A DNA stretch of 64,000 bases. Source: Leptogorgia sarmentosa (Eukaryota). The notes under the pieces were generated by a model. The model was not told where the DNA came from and did no database searches. It saw nothing but the letters and a program-made list of their open reading frames with translations. Shown piece by piece: positions 12,031-22,918 of the stretch. Position 1 is the stretch's first letter. Every line of letters starts with the position of its first letter. The stretch covers positions 20,708,001 through 20,772,000 of the forward strand of contig OZ210885.1 in the NCBI GenBank assembly GCA_964658305.1, given 5' to 3'. The position numbers and the translations under genes were made by a program.

Positions 12031-14019
12031 ACATAACAATAACATTTTCATGTACCCACTTTTTTTTCAACTGCGCATGCTTGGAAAGTTTAAATTTGAA
12101 TGCCCTAGCACTAAGCTAATATCACTTTAGGTTGCCGGAAATGGCGATTTCAGAGTCCAAACTCCACTTTGTCGGTACGCTCTCTCAGGTGAAAAAATGA
12201 ATGATTGTTGACATTATCTTATTCCTCGGATTTTCGCCCAAAGTTCTGCCCAAAATTCTGCCCAAAATTCTGCCCAAAATTAGCCCGAATTTTCGACCTT
12301 TTTTTCTGAAGAGGGGGAAGGGGCAGTTGCCCTCCCTTTGCATTGTATTTTTTACAGAAACTATTCTTTGCGACTGACAAGTTAGTGTTATGCAAATTTT
12401 ATGCCGACGTGCACGTGGTTGAGTAACCAAGACACCACTTCAAGCTTATCGTAACGTAGCGTAGCTATGTCATTGTTTCCTGAGCAGTGAAATGGATCTA
12501 ATGACTTTTACACAAAAGAAAATGCTCCTTTACGTTACATTACGATACGTTCGGCAGGTGGTCGCTCACGACAGCAGTTTCGAATTACGAATGATCTGTG
12601 CCAGAAAAAGTGGTGGTCACAAAACTCAGGTTCCAGTTCCACTGTATTTACCCTGGTTAATTTTACTACTGTATTTTACCAAATTCTATCAATGATGCGT
12701 AATGATAATTCTCAACATACCGTAAACCTCCGACTATAATCCCCCCAAATATAACCCCCTCAACTATGTATAAGCCGACCACATGTATTAATGCTCACCA
12801 CCTCATTCCCGATATAAGCCACTACCGCAATTATTAATCACTATTGGCTGATTATTGTATCTATAATCGTGACAAAAGGCAAATCTCGTTTCCTTTTTTG
12901 AAAAAGAATGCCCAGTGCAGCTCATCAACCATCATCCTTCCCGGCCTTTCGCAACACCAATCGCCGTATTTCCCCCCTTGCTTTTGGGCCAAATCTCTCC
13001 GACAACTTTCATCGCAAAGTCTGCGAAGAGAACAAAGCTTTCTTTCATCCGAACATACGTACTACCTTCTTTCACAAAGAACTTGGGGTTTTCGTCTTTA
13101 TGCTAAAAAAACGTATTAATAAACGGAAAATATGTAAATAATCCGGCGAGTTGCGATTGAAATGGCTCGATGATGCAGTAAACTTTGGAACTTACATTCT
13201 TTTCAACACTATCCGTCTTGCTTTCACTGAACAAATCGTCATCAGAGAAATACATTTCAATTTCATCATCTGGATGTTCAGTCATGTTTCTACTTTCTAC
13301 ACAACTTATATAAATATATGCGTCCATGGATATTGATATAAAACACATGCAGCAAAGGCCAAAGCAATGTGTCGACTATTGACAACTGTCGTTTCCACGG
13401 CACTGTGCGTGATGAGTGCTCCGTAATAGAATATTTTTTCTTATTGCTTTGGGATATATGGAGATAGATAGATAGAAACTTTATTTAAACACCCTTGCTC
13501 ACATTTCCATGGAGGGCATGTACAACTTGACAATAATAATTAAAGTATTCACAAAATAATAGTATGAAAATGTAACAGGAATTAACTTAGATTAACTTAA
13601 GCAACATCACAATGAGGAAGGAAACATATTTACATTAAGGTGAATAATGTAAGAGATTTTTGTTTTAAAGTAGCCGTAAGGGATTTTATGTCCCTGAATT
13701 CTGAGTTTAGGAACAACAAAGCGAGTCAGAAACATCTCTGAGTTAATTCATAGTCTGTTAAATTATTTTTATAGTTCAACAGACTGGAAAGTGATTTCGG
13801 ACCCATTCCGCTCAGCAGTTTGGACATTTATAATTTTGCCTTCAGGCCTTCTGCTTTGAGTGGTTTCCATCCCAAACCATTCAATTCAACTGCTTATTCT
13901 ACATTATTACTCATATTTATTATGATTCCAGCTTCCAGCTGACAGTTTTGGGGCATTTGTGAAACGTTATGACCACTGAGATATACTATATTATACTACT
14001 ACTAAATTTATTATTTATT

Positions 14020-14575
14020 TCTAATAATTCAAGAGTTTTGATTGGTCAAGAGCAGTGCAATAAATCCTCATATACGACATTTTGACGTAATTATGTCGTA
14101 TATTGAAAAATATACGACATTATGACGTCGACTAATTTATTCTGCATATGCAAAAGTGGGAAAATTGTGGAAAATACAAATGGCTTCCTCAAAGGAAAGG
14201 TTCTTGCAAACGTTTATATTGAGCTGAAATAAATTTGTTTGATTTAATTTTTGTTTAGCTATGTTGAATTGCTCTGACTGCGACCTTGAAATGTACAACA
14301 GCTATAAGAACATTTTCTCTTGTAGTCTGATTGGCTTATTCAGTCTTGCGAACACTATATTATTGTTCTATTTCCAGTACCTTGCAATTGCGTGTTTTTG
14401 CAAGCGCTACATACAAATAAATAATAAAACAATTATTGAATTCGGTCCTCGTAGGATATGAGGAATTATTCAGGCCTTGGTTTGTGTTATCTGCCTCAGC
14501 CTTCGGCTGATAACACAAACCTCGGCCTGAATAATTCCTCATATCCTACTCGGCCTCATTCAATAATTGTTTAAT
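14020..14575 (+). mobile_element. Interspersed repeat ending in an imperfect hairpin of about 145 bp (possibly Crypton-like non-autonomous)
   Basis: TGATTGGTCAAGAGC near the 5' end; AAACAATTATTGAA...GGATATGAGGAATTATTCAGGCC...GGCCTGAATAATTCCTCATATCC...TTCAATAATTGTTT at 14428-14572. A related element lies at 38430-38760. Confidence 0.5.
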
Positions 14576-15187
14576 ATACTACGTTATTCTACTACTATAT
14601 ACTACGTTATTCTATAGCTCAGTGGTTATGACTGTGTTTCACCAAATAGGCAAACACGTCCCAATGAGGGCGCACAACAGTTGTGTACACTGAAAGAAGT
14701 GTATCATTATCAACAAATGTTTTTAAACGTCGCAGAGCACAATTTCTGTAGTTACTTTTTGCAAATTTCTGTCTTACTTTTCCAATTTCAACATTTATAA
14801 AATTTTACATTTTCAATTCGTTGCGTATTAAGACTTTGGGATGCTCACTCGAAATTCATGTTAACATGGGTTTAGAACCTACTACATTCAGGCATTCAGG
14901 CTTTTAGCTTATTCGCAATGACCGTTTCCGAAGGTTTCATTCCAGATCTGAATTCAATGCAATTTGAACGTCACTTATTGATTATCCCGAGGCTGTCAGT
15001 CAAATTTTTTCTTCTGCAAATAGTTGGGCATTGGTTCTGCACAGACAATTGGGAAAATCTATGATATATTAAAACTAATAAGAGCCATAAAACTAACGAT
15101 GAGAGAGCAAGAGAAATGTACCTACTCAGTCTATTGTATACTTTACATCCATAGTAGTGAAAGGAATTCTTGGCAGTTTGTTTCATT

Positions 15188-15390
15188 GAGGGTCCTGAAG
15201 GGGTAAAATGGGAACTGGTATTTGCTTATTTTTGGCTGGGAAAATGGGAAATTTCACGCACTGGGACAGGGATTCATCAGCAATAAAACAATAGAAAATG
15301 GGAATGGGATTAAGATGTGAACTGGGCAGTCACCGAGACGATAGGATTTGTGCTCTTAGACACTGGGATTTAATAAACATTTGGGCTGGG
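15188..15390 (-). mobile_element. Truncated relative of the 10750-10996 MITE
   Basis: GAGGGTCCTGAAG...AAAATGGGAACTG...TGGGATTAAGAT...CTGGGATTTA...TTTGGGCTGGG is the reverse complement of motifs in 10750-10996. Confidence 0.55.
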
Positions 15391-15761
15391 CCAAGACTAC
15401 CTAGACTACCAAGACTACCTAGACTACCTTGACTGTCTAGACTACCAAGACTACCTAGACTACCTAGACTACTAAGACTACGAAGACTACCTAGACTACT
15501 AAGACTACCAAGACTACTAAGACTACCTAGACTACTAAGACTACCTAGACTACCTAGACTACCAAGACTACCTAGACTACTAAGACTACCTAGACTACTA
15601 AGACTACCTAGACTACCTCCACTACTAAGACTACCTAGACTACCAAGACTACCAAGACTACCTAGACTACCTAGACTACCTAGACTACCTAGACTACCAA
15701 GACTTCCAAGACTTCCAAGACTACCTAGACTACCAAGACTACCTAGACTACCAAGACTACC
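15391..15761. repeat. 9-bp tandem repeat of about 40 units: AGACTACCT / AGACTACCA / AGACTACTA
   Basis: Directly visible; three main unit variants interspersed. Confidence 0.95.
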
Positions 15762-15967
15762 TTTACCACTCGGACTAAATAGACTGACTGTTTGACAGTA
15801 TTCTTGGTAATTCCTAGCACATTTGTCTCAAACTTTTTTTAATTAGTTTTTATTCCAAACTAACTCTTATACTAGTTATCTCATTATACAATCTGGCATT
15901 GTCATAATTTATCACAATTTAATATGTTAGATAACCCAAGTACGAGATAAATTATCATTCAGCAACA

Positions 15968-16792
15968 GGGTCATTCCACGCCAAATCGACCAAACTTCCC
16001 GCACAAGCATTACAGATTTAGCTGATTTTCAGTACACTTTCAGATTACAATACAATTAGAATTTGTGTGAATTTTCACTAGATGACATGAAGTATTTTAG
16101 GAAATATACTCAAGACATTGTGTGAGTGTTACCGGCGGAAGTTGCCATTTTAACTGATTTTTTAATTTTGGCATAATTCACACTTCAATGTCTCGTTCAT
16201 CGCTCCACATATTGACACGAAAATTTGGACAGTAATAAACTTCGTACTGCACTTTTAAACCATTGCATTGATTAATGTTTACGATGAAGGATTTCGTGAA
16301 TAACGGGGAATAAACTTCATGACAAAATGGAAAATCTGCAAATTTGCCATTCTATTGAACTATAATATGTTGGTAGACATCTCCCTAGGTACATTCATGT
16401 TGTCAAATTATAAAAACAATCCTTAAGAGAATCCCTGTAAGCAATAATAGCTCCGATATAATAAGTAAAATCCACGTAATATCGACTTAAAATGTGACAA
16501 TATTCAGAAGTGTCCTGTTTTCGATGAAGGAAATACGCATGTGGGACAAATCGGGCAAACTCAAAATTTAACTATGTTAAAGTAGATATTTTGCTAAACC
16601 TGTGGTAAAAAATTTATCGTTGTCCTATGAGTAGTTCGATATTGACAAGCGATCCAAAAATTGGTGTTTTCACTAATTTATACAAAATTAATCAAATGTA
16701 AACAAACGAATTACTACAAATTAAATAATTAATTGTACCGATTTTTTCACTAACATGACGTCAATTTCACCACAAGTGCAACAAATAGCCAA
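15968..16792. repeat. Left long TIR of Sola2 element
   Basis: Reverse complement of 20415-21244 with scattered substitutions and small indels. Confidence 0.9.
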
Positions 16793-17576
16793 TAATCATA
16801 TTTCGCTAAATCTGTGACAGAAATTTTGCTATTGTCCTGTTAGTAGTTCGATATTAACAAGCGATCTAAAGTTAGTGTTTTTCACTAATTGACTCAAATG
16901 TAAACAAACAAATTATGAATTGCATTATAGCGAAGTATTTAGACAAAATCGCGGTGATTGTTATCTAGTCCTTTTTTTAGTACTAAAAATCACAAATGGA
17001 AGAAGTCGTTGATATTAAACATTCATTTCGAGTTTTCCTTAATCTACCGTATACGTTTTTTCGCCTGATGAATAATATTAACTAATTAACATAACTCTTT
17101 GTACGTCCTTGATAATTATGCACATGTCAATCATCCCAAATTGACTTCCATCGGAATGCGAATAGTTCATAATCATTGTAATATTATAAAGTTGTTTTAA
17201 TTACAAAGATCGATAAGTTATTAGCTTAATACCAAAGAAAATTGCGCACCGCTAAATTACCTGAAAGCATTATTATATAATTTGTTTCATTTGAAAAACG
17301 TGTTGAATTATATGCATATTTGATATCATCAAATGTTGTTTAGTTCTCAAGATATTTTTATTGAAATCATCATGTTTATTTCATGTCGCTAAACCTGCCT
17401 GTCACTAAAATCACAGCCAATGAGAACGAAAGTGAATCCAAGATGGTGGACTTGGATTGATATACAATTTTTCAGGGTTGTTGTTAAATAATGCCAATAT
17501 TTCACAGCCTATATTCACAGTTATTACTGCCACAGTCAGTACTTTCAGCTAGAGGATGTGTCGTCGTGGAAATAAT

Positions 17577-20171
17577 TCAACAGGAATACCAATGTAAAAA
17601 TTTTTTAAAGCTGTCCTCGATCATTTCAATTGTTGAACTGTCAAGTTTGTACTGTTTTATTCGACCTTTTGTAATCTGCAGTGGGACTTCAACGGTTGAG
17701 ATCACATGCTGGAAAGGAATCCAGCATTCATCTCGTGTTAATGGCCATACGAAGGAGTGGATTGTAGTACCGGGATTACAAGTTCTCATGAAGTTTATCA
17801 AGACGTCTTCATTCTCGAGCGACACATTTTCCACGACACCCAAGTACCAGGCTTTGTCGTAAGCTGCTGCTACATACTGACCAGGTGTGAAAGATTGACA
17901 CAAAGATTCTTGTGCACGTAACGAACTTGTTGCTTTAACGGATGTTCCATCCACATCTGCTGAAATTCGCCGGATTTTTAGCTAATCAGAACTGATTGGA
18001 ACAAAACTGTGGTGACTTCTTGTTCCTGCAATAGTTTTGGCCTCATGCAGACGTGACTCTAACCACACTTCAAATTTCTCAATTTCCTCAGTGCTGACGA
18101 AAAACATCTCGATTCCTGAAATGTTAGCTTTTGCCCACGAAAAGAGTTGTTTAGCATTAAGAATGTAATTTCCTGTCGTAGCTTGCAGGCTGGCTCTGGC
18201 GACTAGACGCTTAATGGTTCCACCGATACCATCGCATGGACTTTTTCCGTGACTTGTTGCAAAAAAATGCCATTCTGCCTTCACCCCAAAATCCTTCTCA
18301 TGGTAACAGAGGTTTAAAAAGTTCTTACAGTTTTTGTATTGGCTGGCGGCTCCATCACTGAAGTATCTCACCAACGAAAGACCTGGAACTAATTTTTTGA
18401 GATGAGCAATGATAACGCTGACAAAGGCATAAACAGTAGTGGCATCATGTTTCAAACAATCGCTGACTACACAGAAACTGATCGTACGGAGGTTGCCATC
18501 TTCTTCGCGATAATAGGCGACGATTGGATGCAGCGTAGCTTGACTGTTATCCCAGTAGTAACCTTGAACAGCGTCCTGAACAATAAATGAGTAGTTTTCT
18601 GCGAAATCAAGCAAAACAACTGCAGTACCTTGAGATAAAGAGTCTTTTTGCTCTGAAAGGTAAGCTGCTTGTGCTTTCGCAATGAAGCTATGGCTGGTTA
18701 GAGAGTTGATTTGTTGAATAATCTCTTCTAAAACGTCACACGCAAGTTCCTGTCTTGTGATAAGTCGTGTGCCATCAGTATGCGTCCATTGCCTGAAAGT
18801 TAGTTGATCATCATCCTCGATTGAACGTTCTAAAAAAACCGTCTGGAGGTATTCTCTTAGACTGGCAGAACCTGGACATTTCTCACAGCGATGAAGCATG
18901 CAGTTTCTTTCACTGATATTGCAGACAAGATTCTCCATTAAGAATTTATGATGAAGTTTTGGACCAGGCACAGAATCCAGCAGTAACTTGATATTTTGAT
19001 GGTATTCGCAGACGCATACCGAATGCGTACCTTTCGCCCCAACGGTAATACACCAACGCGGCCGAAGTTCACAAAACTTGGAATATCCAACGTGTTCACC
19101 ACTTGATTTTGCTTTATAGTGCAAATACAGTTCACGCAAATTAGCAAGCAAGAGCCGCTTTTGAACATGGATTCGCTTTCCCTCTGAATTTTTTACGGAG
19201 ACGAAGTCTTTTTTTCCTGGACACATACGCGATACTTCATCGTCGTTGTAAAAATCAATTACCTTCGCCTTGCTTTCTTCCGACAATTTTCTTGCTTTTA
19301 CTGGGCTTACATCGGGCAAAATCCCTTTAGCTTTTTTCAGTTTCCGTGCTTTGTTCACCATGTACTTAGATACCCCAAATTCGTTTGCAGTTTTTTCTAT
19401 TGTCCAAGAAGGTGGTGCAAGAGTGATAAGTTTTAGTGTGGTTTCCATGTTTGAGGTAGAGCACTTCTCTTTGATCCCTTCTATGATTGCGTCAAGGTCT
19501 GTGCACTTTTGGCAGGTTTGAAGTTCATTGACGTCAACATTTAAACGACGAGCAACTTCGTCTGAGATGGCCGTCTGCACTTCTTGAGCCTTTCGCTTGG
19601 CATACACGGCTCGGTCTTTCTGTGCGAATTTAGTCTTAACTGGAGTGACACCGAGGGAGGTAAATGTGGCAGCAAGATTCTGTAACCTTTCTTCGTCTTC
19701 TGGATCATACTCTTCGTCTTCTGGTTTATACTCTTCGTCTTCTGGCTTATACTCTTCGTCGTCTTCAATACAACTGTCATTGATGCTTCCAAGATGAGAT
19801 GAACATTTTGGGCACAGCTTCTGACCAGGTTTAATATCTTTCATGACCAGTTTGTTGATTTTGTTGGCTTTTGCAATATCTATGTTGCGTAAAGACTTTT
19901 TCCTTACCGTTGTTGGATGGATTTCGAAGGGATCACAACAAGCTTTTTGCAAAAATTCATACTTGCGTAAATAAATCATTTCATGATGAAAACAGATATC
20001 GCCGTCATTTTCTGCCTTTAAACCGCTCCTTCGTAAAATTAGTTCCACATCATCAGCCGAAAGAGCTGCCAACTTGTTTTTTCCAACTTTCCTCGAGTAG
20101 GTGGTCTTGTGGCAATCTTCAGTTGAGCCGAGCAAATTGCCTATTGAACAAGGTGCAAACTTGCTTGCCAT
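17577..20171 (-). pseudogene. Sola2 DDD transposase (about 864 codons) with one in-frame TAG at 17982-17984
   Basis: DFAENYSF..Q..QGYYW...QATLHP, FSDGAASQYKN, HFFATSHGKSPCDGIGG, CVCEYHQN Cys cluster. ORFs 17982..20171 and 17577..17954 are in the same frame. C-terminal Tudor-like segment YVAAAYDKAWYLG...FVWP...DECWIP. Confidence 0.9.
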
Positions 20172-20414
20172 TTTAAGTATGATTATTGTAATTATTCAGG
20201 AATATAATCATGACACTATAGTAAAGATGATCCCTACCTCTCCAGTATTCAGTTTATGTTCCTATTTTATATATTACGTCACTATGTTACTATGACATTA
20301 CATGCAATTTTGACATTACAAATATGCATACTATTAATTACTGCATGTAAGGAAGGATTCATGTATTTTCAGAATCATTAATTAAGTGCTGTCTGTCACA
20401 GTACTATCAACCTT

Positions 20415-21244
20415 TTGGCTATTTGTTGCACTTATGGTGAAACTGACGTAAATGTCATGTTAGTGAAAAAATCAGTACAATTAATTATTAATTTGTAGTA
20501 ATTCGTTTGTTTACATTTGATTAATTTTGCATAAATTAGTGAAAACACCAATTTTTGGATCGCTTGTCAATATCGAACTACTCATAGGACAACGATAAAA
20601 TTTTTACCACAGGTTTAGCAAAACATCTACTTTAACATAGTTAAATTTTGAGTTTGCCCGATTTGTCCCACATGCGTATTTCTTTCATCGAAAACAGGAC
20701 ACTTCTGAATATTGTCACATTTCAAGTCGATATTACATGGATTTTACTTATTATATCGGAGCTATTATTGCTTACAGGGATTCTCTTAAGGATTGTTTTT
20801 ATAATTTGACAACATGAATGTACCTAGGGAGATGTCTACCAACATATTATAGTTCAATAGAATGGCAAATTTGCAGATTTTCCATTTTGTCATGAAGTTT
20901 ATTCCCCGTTATTCACGAAATCCTTCATTGTAAACATTAATCAATGCAATTGTTTAAAAGTGCAGTACGAAGTTTATTACTGTCCAAATTTTCGTGTCAA
21001 TATGTGGAGCGATGAACGAGACATTGAAGTGTGAATTATGCCAAAATTAAAAAATCAGTTAAAATGGCAACTTCCGCCGGTAACACTCACACAATGTCTT
21101 GAGTATATTTCCTAAAATACTTCATGTCATCTAGTGAAAATTCACACAAATTCTAATTGTATTGTAATCTGAAAGTGTACTGAAAATCAGCTAAATCTGT
21201 AGTGCTTGTGCGAGAAGTTTAGTCGACTTGGCGTGGAATGACCC
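20415..21244. repeat. Right long TIR of Sola2 element
   Basis: Reverse complement of 15968-16792. Confidence 0.9.
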
Positions 21245-21303
21245 AACAACCAATCACATACGACCTTTCGATCGGTGCTGGCTAGCTCGATTTTATAGTT
21301 ACC

Positions 21304-22482
21304 ATGCTTTCTGAAGATTCGGATGACAATGAAGAAATGGGTGAAGAAAGTATCATAACATACTATTTTAATCGAGGATTTAGTTATGATGAAATGCTTC
21401 TATTTCTAGAAAAACGTCATAACTGCAAGATGAGTAGGAGTACATTACTAAGACGACTAAAAGCTTATGGTCTAAGTAGAAGAGGGTTTGCTGATAAGTC
21501 TAACTCAAAGTATGTATTAGAACAGGTGCGACATCGCATCTAAGAAATTATAGATGGCCCTGGATCATCAGGAGGGTATAGAACGGTGTGGCATACTTTG
21601 GAGATGGAAGGATTGAGAGTCCCGAGAATTGTTGTGCAGGATATACTAAAAGAAATTGACCCGGAAGGAACTGAACTTACAAAAGCACATCGGCTAAAAC
21701 GGAGAGAGTACCACAACCCAGGGCCAAATTATGCATGGCATATAGATGGATATGACAAACTTAAACCTTGGGGCTTTCCTATCCATGGTGCCATAGACGG
21801 ATTTAGCTGCAAAATTCTTTGGTTTAATGTTACATGCTCAGATAACTGTCCTGATAATATTGCATTTGAACACTGTAGAAACACAGCAAGGATGTCCCGT
21901 TGAGCTTGTAACCGATCTTGGAACTGAAAACGGGCTGGCAGCAGCAATACAGTGTTATTTTTGTGACAACCAGAGTGCACATCGCTACGTTCCTTCTCCA
22001 TGAAACCAGCACATTGAGGGATGGTGGTCTTATCTTTCCAGAAATCACTCGACGTGGTGGCGAAATTTCTTCACCGATTTGAATCACGTGGGGAAATAGA
22101 TTTATCTTATGACCTCAGCAAAGAATGCCTGTGGTATTGTTTTTCTGGTCTTTTACAGAACGACATTGACAAAGTCAAAGAACACTGGAACACACATCGC
22201 ATTAGAAGATCAAGATACAACACGGTACTTGGACGTCCAGACTCACTTTTTTATTTTCCTGAATACCATGGAGGTGTTGGTAATGTTTTAATTCAAGTGC
22301 CGTTACAGGAAATTAATTACGCACATGATGAAATTATCGAAGTTAACCACAATAACAAGTACCAAGAGTACTTCGAGTATGCCAGGAATGCTATTGGCCT
22401 TCCATCTTTACCTGCAAGTCATTGCGAAGAAGCATATGCACCATACAATAGACTGATGCAAGTTGCAGAACATGGCATTTGA
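21304..22482 (+). pseudogene. IS3EU-like (Clr5/HTH + integrase core) transposase, disrupted
   Basis: IITYYFNRGFSYDEM...SRSTLLRRLKAYGLSRR; GYRTVWHTL; PGPNYAWHIDGYDKLKPWGFPIHGAIDGFS; TDLGTEN; IEGWWSYL; WNTHRIRRSR...GRPDSLF. Stops at 21541 and about 22000, plus frameshifts. Confidence 0.8.
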
Positions 22483-22918
22483 GCATTAGTCTCCTTTTAG
22501 GAACATCCTGCGATTAAAGGCAGTTCTTTAAAGCCACGATCAAAACTATTAAGCTTGTTGAATGTTGATTTTCTTGAAGTGAACGATTTCTCATTTATTT
22601 GCAACATTTAACACTAGTTTACTGTAATTGAAGAAACCTATATTTTGGTGGGTCCAAAAACAACAAAGAACCACAAAACTGCTGCAGAACATACTGGTTT
22701 CCCCAGATCCTAGGAGGTAAAACGCAACTTTAGCTGTTACATAAAAGAAGTTTCGAAGACGTTTAAGGGATATGAAAACGTTTGATTCTTATCACTAAAA
22801 CTTTAAACGACACAACATGAAACTTCCAGTAATTCTAATGGTAATTAACGTAAACAATTAGTGTTTCTCACTTGGCCAAATCGTTTGCCATTAGGTTGTC
22901 ATTACTGTCGGGTATTAA

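Larger units (their letters stand above)
3718..13285 (-). pseudogene. Multi-exon degraded gene encoding a DUF927/Cch-like P-loop ATPase/helicase
   Basis: GT-AG exons: 13285-13196, 13102-~12885, 11395-11148, ~10633-10556 (uncertain), 10524-10391, 10295-9947 (MITE inside), 9748-9598, 5351-5163, ~4834-4687, ~4485-4340, 4226-4110, 3909-3718 (TAA). The junctions from 10524 through 5163 are phase-consistent. Product includes HLTDHYGWQSGKYWLL, NELAFKMAASFVVARL, LLYSSARNVGRSLTL (Walker A-like), LVVMVDD (Walker B-like) and LLLSSN (sensor-1-like). Stops and frameshifts are present in some exons. Confidence 0.65.
15968..21244 (-). mobile_element. Full-length Sola2 DNA transposon
   Basis: AACA|GGGTCATTCCACGCCAA ... 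TTGGCGTGGAATGACCC|AACA: 4-bp TSD, GRG..CYC termini, TIRs of about 825 bp, internal Sola2-type transposase. Confidence 0.9.

Noticed and set aside
12718..12830. TACCGTAAA...TATAAGCC pogo-like MITE end
   Set aside because: Only one end is visible; no partner TIR or TSD.
3718..13285. Bacterial contamination or recent prokaryotic insertion as the source of the DUF927-like sequence
   Set aside because: The gene is split by many canonical spliceosomal introns and by animal TEs.
15391..15761. Telomeric repeat or coding repeat
   Set aside because: The unit is not TTAGGG-like, and no start codon or splice context supports translation.
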